Part shown: in pieces, positions 1-11,238 of the stretch | Layout: each line of letters opens with the position of its first letter | How positions within the stretch are numbered: the first letter of the stretch is position 1 | Translations under genes and position numbers: made by a program | Origin: Bacteriovoracia bacterium | GTDB lineage: Bacteria; Bdellovibrionota; UBA1018; JBFWNL01 | Length of the DNA stretch: 64,000 nt | Assembly (NCBI GenBank): GCA_050251055.1 | Contig: JBFWNL010000001.1 | Coordinates: 171,825-235,824 of the forward strand | Direction: 5' to 3' | Notes under the pieces: model-generated | What the model was told of the DNA's origin: nothing | The model's input: the letters and a program-made list of their open reading frames with translations, nothing else | The model's database searches: none

Positions 1-1
1 G

Positions 2-658
2 CGGCAGCGCGTTCGCCTGAATCTTTCCACCGAGCAGTTTCGCTTGAAGGAAAACGGTAAAATCTTCGGAGTCTTTGATATTTCTCGCACGGGCATGGCC
101 ATCCAGGTGGTCGAACCCCAGGATTTTGCCCACTTTCCTGTGGGCCGCCAGATCGAAGGGATTCTAAATATCCAGCGTACGAAGTACCCGGTGATCGCCA
201 TGGTGCGGCATCTGGGGGGCTCCATCGTGGGTTGCGAATTCGGTCAACTGCCGCCGAAAACGGAGAAAGCCATCCACGAGTTTCTCGATCCCAAGGTGAT
301 CGGCCCGGAGCTACGCGAAGCGCCGGTAAAGAATCGGGACGCGATTTGGTTCCATGCTGCCTCGGGTACCGAACTCGTATTCTATCGGCGCGAGGCCGAG
401 CAGGCTTTTCGCCGTTTTACCGTCCAGATTTTCGGCAGCTATGTACGTTGGGACGATCACGACGGGCTGAGCACCGGGCAAGTGCAAGCAGTCGATGACC
501 GGCGAAGTGTGCCTGGCATCATTCGGCTGGAGACGATGATTCTCTCTCCGGACGGGCAGGTGGACTCAGGCAAGCTTGATATCGCCAAGCAGCTGATCCT
601 AAGCTCGAACATACCCCAGGAGTTCAAAGACTGGGCGCAGGCGAAACTCGCGCGTTAG
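2..658 (+). CDS. PilZ domain-containing protein (5'-truncated by window)
   Basis: Frame is open from base 2 (RQRVRLNLSTEQF...FDISRTGMAI): RxxxR-like and DxSxxG PilZ motifs followed by a beta-barrel-like segment ending VGCEF. Confidence 0.7.
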   Translation, partial: RQRVRLNLSTEQFRLKENGKIFGVFDISRTGMAIQVVEPQDFAHFPVGRQIEGILNIQRTKYPVIAMVRHLGGSIVGCEFGQLPPKTEKAIHEFLDPKVIGPELREAPVKNRDAIWFHAASGTELVFYRREAEQAFRRFTVQIFGSYVRWDDHDGLSTGQVQAVDDRRSVPGIIRLETMILSPDGQVDSGKLDIAKQLILSSNIPQEFKDWAQAKLAR

Positions 659-667
659 CGCCCGCGT

Positions 668-1423
668 CTATTCGACCAAATAGCCACGCGAGCGGAAGTC
701 GGCTTTCGCCGCCTCATATTTTTCCGGCGTAGAATAAAGCTTCCACACTCCCAGGTAATCCCGCGGCGTGGGTTTGTAGACATAGTAAGAGGAGTTAGGC
801 TGGCCGCGCACCGTGATGATCGGCTTACTCCCATCCACGGCGAAGCCATTGTTGGTGTAGGCGTAATTCATCACGGAAGCCGGGTCGAAGCTAGTCAGCC
901 CCTCGATCTGGGGTTGGATCTCAAAATATTTCCGGGCCTCGGGTTTTACGTTGTCGGTTTCGATCTGGATGACGGTATCCCGGTCGGGGCGTTGGTGCTC
1001 GTGCTCAAGCCCCAAAACGTGGCCGAGTTCGTGCGAAATGGTATAAACATCCGTGGCGCTATCGGGCGCGAGGATGAGCTCTTGGGCCCCGCCATCCGAG
1101 CCTATAACAGAAGTGCCGGCAAAGTGGGCTTGGATCCCTTCGGTTCTGGCTAACACCTTGAACTTCACGTAGCTGCCGCCTCCGAACAGGGTCTTTTTCT
1201 TTTCCTTGAAGCGGATGGGAGTGTGTACGGCATATTCATCCATGACCTCCTGGATGACTTTTTGTGCCTCTTCGTTCACGGAGGAATCGAATTGGAAGGA
1301 GACGACGCCGTCCTTCCAAAGTCGCGTAGTTTTTTCCCAGGCCGCGCCGAAGGAATTCACGGGCGTGACGCCTAAGAAAATCAGGGTGAATAGCGCGGCC
1401 GCGCGATGAAACGGAGTAATCAT
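668..1423 (-). CDS. Secreted astacin-like (M12A) zinc metallopeptidase
   Basis: Signal peptide; HELGHVLGLEHEHQRPDRD zinc motif; SVMNY Met-turn. Confidence 0.9.
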   Translation of the reverse strand: MITPFHRAAALFTLIFLGVTPVNSFGAAWEKTTRLWKDGVVSFQFDSSVNEEAQKVIQEVMDEYAVHTPIRFKEKKKTLFGGGSYVKFKVLARTEGIQAHFAGTSVIGSDGGAQELILAPDSATDVYTISHELGHVLGLEHEHQRPDRDTVIQIETDNVKPEARKYFEIQPQIEGLTSFDPASVMNYAYTNNGFAVDGSKPIITVRGQPNSSYYVYKPTPRDYLGVWKLYSTPEKYEAAKADFRSRGYLVE

Positions 1424-1572
1424 AAGCCCTCTACTCTGAGCTGCTCCGCGATCCTTGGCAGAGGAAGTCTCATGACGCGCTGCGTATCAGTGGGGTTTTA
1501 AGTAGTCAACTAAAAAGGTCCATATTGAATTTGCCCTGGGTTTGGAACCCATCCGAAGGTATGAGAGGGCCT

Positions 1573-2532
<960 letters not shown>

Positions 2533-2556
2533 TCAGATCTGAGTAGCGAGGGTTTC

Positions 2557-2985
2557 ATGGCACAAGCGGAAGTAGAGAAAGTCGTCGATGTCGAAATGGG
2601 AAAACTGCTCGACGTCATCACGAAGTACGAAGCCTACCCAGAGTTCGTGGATGGCGTGAGCCGCATCGAAGTTGAGCGCAAGGGCCCGGGCCAGTCGCGC
2701 GTGAAGTACTGGCTGAAGTTAATTAAGGACATCGAGTACGTAGTGAATATGCAGGAGAATCGGGAGCACGGCGAGGTGAAGTGGACGCTCGCCGAAAGCT
2801 CGTTTCTCAACAAAAACGAAGGCGGGTGGAAGCTCACTGCCGCCGGTCCCGGCCGAACGAAGGTTCATTATAGCCTGGAGGTGGAGTTCAAGGTGCCGGT
2901 GCCGGGCCTGATCCTGCGGGGGCTCATCAAGAGCACGCTGCCTTCCACGGTCGAGAGTTTCGTAAAGCGCGCGAAGCAAGGATAG
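2557..2985 (+). CDS. SRPBCC/START (RatA/Coq10 cyclase-like) family protein
   Basis: 142 aa; YEAYPEFVDGV, NEGGWKL and C-terminal helix typical of the polyketide cyclase/START fold. Confidence 0.8.
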   Translation: MAQAEVEKVVDVEMGKLLDVITKYEAYPEFVDGVSRIEVERKGPGQSRVKYWLKLIKDIEYVVNMQENREHGEVKWTLAESSFLNKNEGGWKLTAAGPGRTKVHYSLEVEFKVPVPGLILRGLIKSTLPSTVESFVKRAKQG

Positions 2986-2990
2986 AGCCC

Positions 2991-3326
2991 ATGGCCGTAG
3001 ATGACTTACAAAGCAAAGCCGCCGAGATGATCAAGAAGGTGCTGACGGTGGGAGTCGGCACTATCTTCCTGACGGAAGAGCGCCTGCGTACCCTCGTGAG
3101 CGAGTTCAAACTGCCGAAAGAGTTGATGGAAGGCCTGCTTGAGAGCGCCTCGAAAACGCGGGAGCGTTTTTTTACGGGGCTTACGCAGGAATTCCTGGCC
3201 AAGGTCAGTGAGAAAACCGACGTGCGGGAGCTGATTGACGAATTTGTGTCCCGCTACGAGCTCGATCTCAACATTAAGGTAAACTTTAGGCCCCGGTCTA
3301 AGGACAAAAAAGCGGAAGTATCATGA
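2991..3326 (+). CDS. Conserved hypothetical protein (phasin-like N-terminus)
   Basis: IKKVLTVGVGTIFLTEE resembles phasin/PhaF-like N-termini; in operon after glpX and the SRPBCC gene. Confidence 0.55.
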   Translation: MAVDDLQSKAAEMIKKVLTVGVGTIFLTEERLRTLVSEFKLPKELMEGLLESASKTRERFFTGLTQEFLAKVSEKTDVRELIDEFVSRYELDLNIKVNFRPRSKDKKAEVS

Positions 3327-3976
3327 GCGTCACGATTACCGCCTTCGAGCGCGCCCCCGATGGAGGGCGAGGACTGGTGCGGGACACGCGCGTGCGTTGG
3401 GCGCTTGAAGAAGTAGGTCAGCCCTATGATGTCCGGCTGGTGTCCTTCCAGTCACTGAAAGAGCCCGCCCACCTGGCGCTGAATCCATTTGGTCAGATCC
3501 CTACTTATGAACAAGGCGATCTTACCCTATTCGAAACGGGTGCGATCGTGTTCCACATCGCCGAGAGTCACGCGGGTTTAATGCCGGTCGAATCGCGAGC
3601 GCGAGCCCGCGCGATTACCTGGATGTTCGCCGCCCTGAATACGCTGGAGCCGCCGATATTTGAACTTTCCAACTCGCGGCTGCTGGAGGCGGATAAGCCT
3701 TGGGCCAAGGAGCGGCTGCCAATAGTGGAAGCACGCGTACGGGATCGGTTGCTTAGGCTCTCGGCCCATTTGGGTGACTCCGAATGGTTGGATGGGGCAT
3801 TCAGCGCGGGCGATTTGTTGATGGTTTCAGTACTCTTGCGGCTGCGATTGCCCGGCTTACTTCAGGAGTTCTCGAACCTAGCTGCCTATGTCGCTCGCGC
3901 GGAGGAGCGGCCCGCATACCAACGGGCATTTGCGGCGCAGTTAGCGGTCTATCGGGCCGGCCAACCTTCTGTTTAA
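3323..3976 (+). CDS. Glutathione S-transferase family protein
   Basis: RVRWALEE, NPFGQIP, LFETGAI and FSAGDLLM GST motifs; ATGA overlap with upstream gene. Confidence 0.9.
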   Translation: MSVTITAFERAPDGGRGLVRDTRVRWALEEVGQPYDVRLVSFQSLKEPAHLALNPFGQIPTYEQGDLTLFETGAIVFHIAESHAGLMPVESRARARAITWMFAALNTLEPPIFELSNSRLLEADKPWAKERLPIVEARVRDRLLRLSAHLGDSEWLDGAFSAGDLLMVSVLLRLRLPGLLQEFSNLAAYVARAEERPAYQRAFAAQLAVYRAGQPSV

Positions 3977-3999
3977 TTGCCAGCACCTAGTGGGATATC

Positions 4000-5394
<1,395 letters not shown>

Positions 5395-5434
5395 GTAATT
5401 GACGACCTGGGTAGTTCCCGCTAAATATAGCAGA

Positions 5435-6229
5435 ATGAATCACCTGTTTGAAGCGCTTTGGCGGGACTACATCGGCCTCAATCCCGACGCGGGAAAGCTC
5501 TACCAGCTGCTCCTAGGCGAAGGGCTGACGGTGGAAAACGACCATGTCGCTTTTCGTACGTTCGAGGATCCGCGAATCAACATTGATAAGCTGGCGCAAC
5601 CCTTTCTGGCGATCGGATACGTCCGTAAAGATCAATACGTTTTCCGGGAAAAAAAGCTTCGGGCTTGGCACTTTGAGCACATTAGTGGCGATGCGCCCAA
5701 AGTGTTTATTAGCGAGCTAAAAACGCGCGAGTTCAGTCCTCGCTTGCAGGAAATCGTGAAAGGGCTCGTGGATCAGCTGCCCCAGGTCTTCACGCACGAC
5801 GAATCCTTTTTATGGAGGGGTCGGCCTTGGCAGGTGAGTTCGGATCAGTATCGAGCGCTGCTGGGGGAGAGCGAGTATGCGGCTTGGATGGCGGCCTTCG
5901 GTTTTCGCGCCAATCACTTCACGGTGAGCCTGAACAAGATGGGACGTTTCAAGACGGTCGCGGAGTTCAATGCCTTCATTAAAGGAAAAGGGTTCCGCCT
6001 GAACGCGAGCGGGGGCGAAATCAAAGGCGGGCCCAGCGATTTTCTGGAGCAGTCCTCGACGCTCGCCAATGAGATTGACGTGAAATTCTCCGACGGCACG
6101 ATGAGAATCCCCGCTTGTTATTACGAGTTCGCTAAGCGGTATCCTTTACCTGACGGAAAACTTTTTCAGGGATTCGTGGAAAAGTCGGCTGATAAAATTT
6201 TTGAAAGCACCGACACCGTAAAAAGCTAA
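5435..6229 (+). CDS. DUF1338 family 2-oxoadipate dioxygenase/decarboxylase (HglS/YdcJ-like)
   Basis: NDHVAFRT, PKVFISEL, ESEYAAW, NHFTVS, LEQSST, YYEFAKR, FQGF...ADKIFEST motifs. Confidence 0.85.
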   Translation: MNHLFEALWRDYIGLNPDAGKLYQLLLGEGLTVENDHVAFRTFEDPRINIDKLAQPFLAIGYVRKDQYVFREKKLRAWHFEHISGDAPKVFISELKTREFSPRLQEIVKGLVDQLPQVFTHDESFLWRGRPWQVSSDQYRALLGESEYAAWMAAFGFRANHFTVSLNKMGRFKTVAEFNAFIKGKGFRLNASGGEIKGGPSDFLEQSSTLANEIDVKFSDGTMRIPACYYEFAKRYPLPDGKLFQGFVEKSADKIFESTDTVKS

Positions 6230-6269
6230 TTATACCAGGCAGTTGCAAAGCACCTTTAGGTCCTAAAAA

Positions 6270-6298
6270 TTGACCATTTAAGTCGTGTGATGTATGGT
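6270..6298 (+). promoter_or_regulatory. Putative sigma-70 promoter
   Basis: TTGACC-17 bp-TATGGT upstream of an AGGAG SD and the ATG at 6336. Confidence 0.5.
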
Positions 6299-6335
6299 GG
6301 CCGCGTCAGTCGACCTACCCCTTTAGGAGAACTGC

Positions 6336-7628
6336 ATGCGGCTAACCGTTTCAGCTTGGGATTTGATTCAACGTTACCTCATTGTCTTCATGCTGGTGGG
6401 GGTGCCCTTGGCCAACGCCGCACGTATGATTTATGGCGAAGACGATCGGCGCGAGGTGGAGCTTTGGGAATTCAAGCAGCAGCCCTATCAAAACATTGTC
6501 CAGATCCTCACGGAGGACTGGGTACAGGGTGAGGACGGAAAGAAAAAGCGCAAGGTTTATGGGTGCACAGGAACTTTGGTCGGCCCGAATCTGGTGCTGA
6601 CGGCGGCCCACTGCTTTTCGGACGTGCTGGAACGCAAGGCGAGCGGTAACACAGGTTTTAAGGGGGAAAAGCCGTTTATTTATACGGAGAACCTACCGGG
6701 GCACTATGACCAAGTGGTCCGGACGAAATATGTCCGCTGGGGAGGGCTCGCGCCCTGGGAGAAAGATAGTGCCACAGATTGGGCGATTCTCGTGCTGGAG
6801 CGGCCGGTGGCTAAAGCGGGTGAATGGATCCCCGTCGCTTCCCGTACCGCGACCGAAAGGGGAAGCTATCCCTCGGGGTTGGAGCTGGCGGGTTATAGCG
6901 GAGATATAAAAGACGGCGAAGCGTTGAGTACGCATAAGGGATGCCGGTTTCGCGGCGCTTTGGGTTGGAATAGCTGGATGCTACTGCATGATTGCGACTC
7001 GACTCCCGGGTCGTCGGGATCGTCGATCTTGAGTTACGAAAACGGCAAATACGAAGTAGTGGGCCTTCACGTTGCTCATCGGGTGCCGGACGAAACGCCC
7101 CCCCAAAAAGAAGGCGAAGCTGCGGAAAAGCCTAACTATAGGGTGGCGGAGTACTCGGATCGCTATGCGAATATCGCGCTCAATACCCGATTATTCTATA
7201 AGGCATGGGAGGAGCTGATTTGGGAAAATACGACGGTGCCTGGCGGCCTCTCCGCGAACTGTCGCTACGGGTTCATCGATGCCAAATATCCCAAGATGGA
7301 AGACTTCAAAGCCGTATGCCGAGATTTGGGCGTGACAGAAAACGAGTACGCTGCTGGCTGCCCGGGAGTATTGCTGCAAGCAGGTTACGAGGGCCTTCGG
7401 CCTAGTGACCTGCGTGATTGTAAATATGTGAAGACGGAGACGGCTGCGAAGGCGGTCAAAGCTTTTGCCGAACGGAAGGTGAGCCTCGCGAATTACATGC
7501 TCGAGCGCTTGGGAAAGGTGAATACCGACGAGCAATTCGAGTGCGTAAAAAAGTTCCTTCCGGCGGAGGATGCGGGAGCCGGGATAAACGTGAATTTCCG
7601 CAAAGCGGCACGAGATTGCAAACTGTAG
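6336..7628 (+). CDS. Secreted trypsin-like (S1/V8-type) serine protease with Cys-rich C-terminal domain
   Basis: Signal peptide; CTGTLVGPNLVLTAAHC, DWAIL and DCDSTPGSSGS catalytic triad motifs. Confidence 0.9.
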   Translation: MRLTVSAWDLIQRYLIVFMLVGVPLANAARMIYGEDDRREVELWEFKQQPYQNIVQILTEDWVQGEDGKKKRKVYGCTGTLVGPNLVLTAAHCFSDVLERKASGNTGFKGEKPFIYTENLPGHYDQVVRTKYVRWGGLAPWEKDSATDWAILVLERPVAKAGEWIPVASRTATERGSYPSGLELAGYSGDIKDGEALSTHKGCRFRGALGWNSWMLLHDCDSTPGSSGSSILSYENGKYEVVGLHVAHRVPDETPPQKEGEAAEKPNYRVAEYSDRYANIALNTRLFYKAWEELIWENTTVPGGLSANCRYGFIDAKYPKMEDFKAVCRDLGVTENEYAAGCPGVLLQAGYEGLRPSDLRDCKYVKTETAAKAVKAFAERKVSLANYMLERLGKVNTDEQFECVKKFLPAEDAGAGINVNFRKAARDCKL

Positions 7629-7631
7629 CGA

Positions 7632-8699
7632 TCAGCCGGTTTTAAGGTCCTTGAGCTGTCCGCCGTAGATCAGCACTAGGTAACGAAACAGTTCGTCGTC
7701 GATCTTGTGATGAATCTTTTCACGCATGAGTCGGAAGGCGTCGAAGGGCTCGCGCGCCTTGGAGTAACTGCGGTTCGTGGTGAGCGCGTTGAAGATGTCC
7801 GAGATGCACACAATCTTTGAGAATAAATGTACGTCGTTCCACTGCATGTGGCGAGGATAGCCGCCGCCGGTTTTGTCTTCGTGGTGCTCCAGGATGGCGG
7901 CTTTGGTCCGGTCTTTGATGACGGGGACATCCTTGACGATTTCGTAGCCCCACTGCGAGTGTTGGCGCATTTCATCCCACTCGGCTTCGTCTAGCGGGCC
8001 TTCTTTATTGATGATCTCTTTCTTGACCTTCACCTTGCCGATGTCGTGGAGTAGCCCGCCCAGGCCCAGCTCTTCAAGGTCTTGCGGATTCTTGATTCCG
8101 GCTTTGCGGCCCAGGATGATGGAGTTCACGGCCGTACCGACGGAGTGCTGAAGGGTGTAGTGGTCGTGACTCGAGAGCTTGGCCAGGTGTAGATAGGCTT
8201 CTGGCTCCTTCATGAGTACGTACACGAACGAGCCCACCATTTTATTGCTCTTGTTGATGTTCTCGGGCGAGGGGTTGTTGAACAAGTCTTCGACCATCAA
8301 GATAGCCGCCCGGCGTAGGGTGTCCATGCGCTGTTCTACCGGCATGGCCCCCTTTCCGACGCCGGAGACAATCTGCTGCTCCGCGAAGCGTTTGAGGTCT
8401 CCGAAGTCTTCCGTGCGCACGAGGATCTTCTCAAAGTTGCTCAGCGCGAGCGCCGAGTACGGTTGGTCGGCCTGGCGGAGGACCTCGACTTTTCCGTCTT
8501 TGTCATTGAAGAAGGCGATATCCGGCAGGGGAGCCATGCCGAGGTCGATCTTATTGACGAAAAGCACGGTAGGGACTTCGTAATAGCCCTCGACGGTTTC
8601 TTTCAGGCGCCCGGCGAAGGTTTTCTCGAGCGCATCCTGGTGCGCCTGTTCGGCGGCCGAGGCCGGAGCCGGGGAAGTAGAAGGATCGGTATCAGACAT
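7632..8699 (-). CDS. HD-GYP domain cyclic-dinucleotide phosphodiesterase
   Basis: YTLQHS, LLHDIGK, HHEDKTGGGYP and DIFNALTTNRSY motifs. Confidence 0.9.
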   Translation of the reverse strand: MSDTDPSTSPAPASAAEQAHQDALEKTFAGRLKETVEGYYEVPTVLFVNKIDLGMAPLPDIAFFNDKDGKVEVLRQADQPYSALALSNFEKILVRTEDFGDLKRFAEQQIVSGVGKGAMPVEQRMDTLRRAAILMVEDLFNNPSPENINKSNKMVGSFVYVLMKEPEAYLHLAKLSSHDHYTLQHSVGTAVNSIILGRKAGIKNPQDLEELGLGGLLHDIGKVKVKKEIINKEGPLDEAEWDEMRQHSQWGYEIVKDVPVIKDRTKAAILEHHEDKTGGGYPRHMQWNDVHLFSKIVCISDIFNALTTNRSYSKAREPFDAFRLMREKIHHKIDDELFRYLVLIYGGQLKDLKTG

Positions 8700-8878
8700 T
8701 TGGGTCCTAATGGGTTAAGCAAGCCCTGGGTACTGACTGACTTCTCTACACAAGTGTAAAACTTTTAGGCAGCAACCTCCAGCCTAAAGAGAAAAAATGG
8801 TGCCTCGATTGACATATAAGACCCAGTAATCCTTGGCAAAACGATTTGGGCCGGAATCCGGGGAGCCAGGCCGGGCGC

Positions 8879-8894
8879 TGGCATTCCCGTTGCT
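8879..8894 (+). promoter_or_regulatory. Putative sigma-54 (-24/-12) promoter
   Basis: TGGCAT-TCCCG-TTGCT matches TGGCAC-N5-TTGCW spacing; upstream of CDS 9002. Confidence 0.65.
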
Positions 8895-9001
8895 TTATAA
8901 CTCAGTATGGTTGGCCGAAGGACGCGAGTCCCGCGGCAAAGCAGAGCAGAAGTAGAGTTGCACAAAGTTGAGCTGTAAGCAGAGCAGAAGGAGCTAGTCG
9001 C

Positions 9002-9397
9002 ATGTCCGCTACCCGTGACAAGAATCAGCGTTTCACCTTTCTATATTCCAATCTTTACCAAATTTATCGCCGCGAAAAAGGGGCCGCCTCGGCTCCCGCT
9101 TCAAAACTCGCGCCCCCGAATCCCGTCAATCCCAACGCCTTGAGCGGCCAAGTGCTGAAGGTGGGGGAGCTCAAGGCCGGTGTGGAAGTCCGTCCTTACC
9201 AGCCAGCCGAGATCATTGGCCGTCGCGTCGAAAAACCCGAGTTCCTGCAAGGACGCAACGTCGCCCCGGCGGCGGCGGCGATCGCACCTGCGAATCCCAC
9301 CGTGGAGAGCCTCAAGGAAAACCTGCAGAAGCTCACCGATCTGCATTCGCGTTTAAAGTTCATGTTGCAAGAGCTGGAAGAACTCGTCGAGGAATAA
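9002..9397 (+). CDS. Hypothetical protein with C-terminal coiled coil
   Basis: GGAG SD; RFTFLYSNLYQIY N-terminal block; C-terminal heptads LKENLQKLTDLHSRLKFMLQELEEL. Confidence 0.65.
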   Translation: MSATRDKNQRFTFLYSNLYQIYRREKGAASAPASKLAPPNPVNPNALSGQVLKVGELKAGVEVRPYQPAEIIGRRVEKPEFLQGRNVAPAAAAIAPANPTVESLKENLQKLTDLHSRLKFMLQELEELVEE

Positions 9398-9408
9398 GTA
9401 AAAACTCA

Positions 9409-10677
9409 TCAAGCCGGTTCGAGCGGCTTGGAGCCCGGGTAAGGCAGGGCGGGCAGGTGAATCCCCGATTCATTCGCAGGCTCTTCCCCCTGCGCCACCC
9501 GTTCGCGCTCACTCGGGCGCGTCTCGGCTACCGGTAAATTTCCCGGAAATTTTGGCTGTTCGGCCCGTACGCGGCCTACATCCTTCTTGTGTATGGGAGC
9601 GGGAGCCCGCCCGTGCTTGGGAAGCGTCACGATCAATTGATCGCCCTCGAAGCGTTTAGAAAGTAGCTTCGGAGCGACGGCGTCCTCGAGCGGGAAGGTC
9701 TGGCTGTATGACTGGAACGCCGTGGTGGTCTTCACCTCGCCGGGGCCTACCTCCAGGCGCTCTTCATTGCGGCGCAGGCCCGTTAGCACTAGCTGATTTC
9801 CCCGAACCGATACCGAAACGTGGCCCTGCTCGTGGGAAGGGATGTTGGCTTTTAGCGTATAGGCGTCGGCGTCGCTCGTGAGATCGGCGTCTAGGTCCAC
9901 CAGACGATAAAACGGGTCGCTTTGGCGGCGGCCATACGCCGAGAGCTTGTCGGAGGTGTCCTGCCGGATTTCGCGGATTTTCTCGGCGGCCCGCGCGTTC
10001 ACGTCCTGGAGCACTTCTTGGTTTTTGGCGATGGACTGATCGTAATGCCCTTTGAAGGTGTTGAAGGCCCGCGCGTTGGCTTGGCCATAAGTAAGGCGCA
10101 TCTTCTCGTACTCGGAATCGGTGGCGGACTTGAGCTTTTGCACCCGCTGCTCGTGCAAGTCGTGGGTGTCGGCAACCTTCATGAGGCCGGCGGATTTTAC
10201 GAGTTCAATATCCTGGTTGGCTTTCTTCTCCTCCGCCGCGAGCGTATTCGCGTTTTTTCCGGTCGTTTCCCGTAACTGTTTTTCCCCGGCACTAGCGTTG
10301 CGGTCGATTTCGTCGCTATAAAACCGCTGCAGGTCGGCGTTGGCTTTCTCCCCGGTCTGTTTCGTACGGGCTAGCTCCGCCGCCTGGGCGCGTTTCAGCT
10401 CCCGCAGCCGCTCATAGCCTTCGTCTTTCTGCTTTTGCAGGGCTTCTTCCTGCTTAGCCGACTCGACGTCGCGATCGGTGGAGTAGCGGTCCCGTAGCTG
10501 ATCGACCTGCGCTTGCTCCTGCTCCTCGGTCTGGCGGATCACCTGCTGGGATTGCATGATGCGCTGGTTGGCATCCTGTTCGGCGCGCGCGGCCCGCTGC
10601 TCGGGCGTCGTTTCGCGCATGTGCATCCGTGCCCCGGCCGGCGGAGAGCCTGAGCTGGGAGGCACGATGGGTGGCAT
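9409..10677 (-). CDS. Coiled-coil protein with C-terminal Hsp20/alpha-crystallin domain
   Basis: Long Q/E/K/R-rich helical region, then YTLKANIP...VSVSVRGNQLVLTG...YSQTFPL...FEGDQLIVTLPK (ACD pattern). Confidence 0.75.
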   Translation of the reverse strand: MPPIVPPSSGSPPAGARMHMRETTPEQRAARAEQDANQRIMQSQQVIRQTEEQEQAQVDQLRDRYSTDRDVESAKQEEALQKQKDEGYERLRELKRAQAAELARTKQTGEKANADLQRFYSDEIDRNASAGEKQLRETTGKNANTLAAEEKKANQDIELVKSAGLMKVADTHDLHEQRVQKLKSATDSEYEKMRLTYGQANARAFNTFKGHYDQSIAKNQEVLQDVNARAAEKIREIRQDTSDKLSAYGRRQSDPFYRLVDLDADLTSDADAYTLKANIPSHEQGHVSVSVRGNQLVLTGLRRNEERLEVGPGEVKTTTAFQSYSQTFPLEDAVAPKLLSKRFEGDQLIVTLPKHGRAPAPIHKKDVGRVRAEQPKFPGNLPVAETRPSERERVAQGEEPANESGIHLPALPYPGSKPLEPA

Positions 10678-11000
10678 TAGTGCCGAACCTCGTCGGATTC
10701 GAAGAGGTTGTTCTCCACGATATTGAAGTAGGTGACTACGACGAGTTCATAGGTTCGGGGATCGAGCGATTCGAGATAGGCCCGTTTTTGGGAGATCGTC
10801 GGCTGAAGGATGAGCCGCTCCAAGTGATGCTCGACGGAGTAGGCATCGCCATCCGCGCACGGTGTCCGGTTCACGCTTTCAAAGGCGCGGCGGATCGTGT
10901 CGGGCTCGAAGAGCACGTGATTGCCTTGCTTAGATTGTTGAATGAGATATTCGACTTGCGCTAACTCTTTATCCGAAACGGTGATCATGCTCGCCCCCAT
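10677..11000 (-). CDS. Hypothetical protein
   Basis: 107 aa ORF coupled (TAATG) to the Hsp20-domain gene. Confidence 0.6.
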   Translation of the reverse strand: MGASMITVSDKELAQVEYLIQQSKQGNHVLFEPDTIRRAFESVNRTPCADGDAYSVEHHLERLILQPTISQKRAYLESLDPRTYELVVVTYFNIVENNLFESDEVRH

Positions 11001-11238
11001 CCTTAGGAACTACCGATCGGCCCGCCCTGGCTCCGGGTCACTCATCCATGAGATTCGGAGTTGGACATCTTAAGAACGTCACGGGCCTCGGGGCCTCACT
11101 TCACCCCGTTCAATTAGGTTAGGGAGAATTGGCGCGATTGACAAGCCCAAGAATTTGACGGTGCGCGAACCCAATCGGCCCGGGTCAGGACCGACACGCT
11201 CGATTTGACTACTCGTCGAAGCGGGGGGACAATAATAG

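Noticed and set aside
11160-11200. GAACCC...GTCAGGACCG resembling the SRP (4.5S) RNA core
   Set aside because: Lacks the downstream GNRA-GGAAGCAG half of domain IV and the long enclosing stem.
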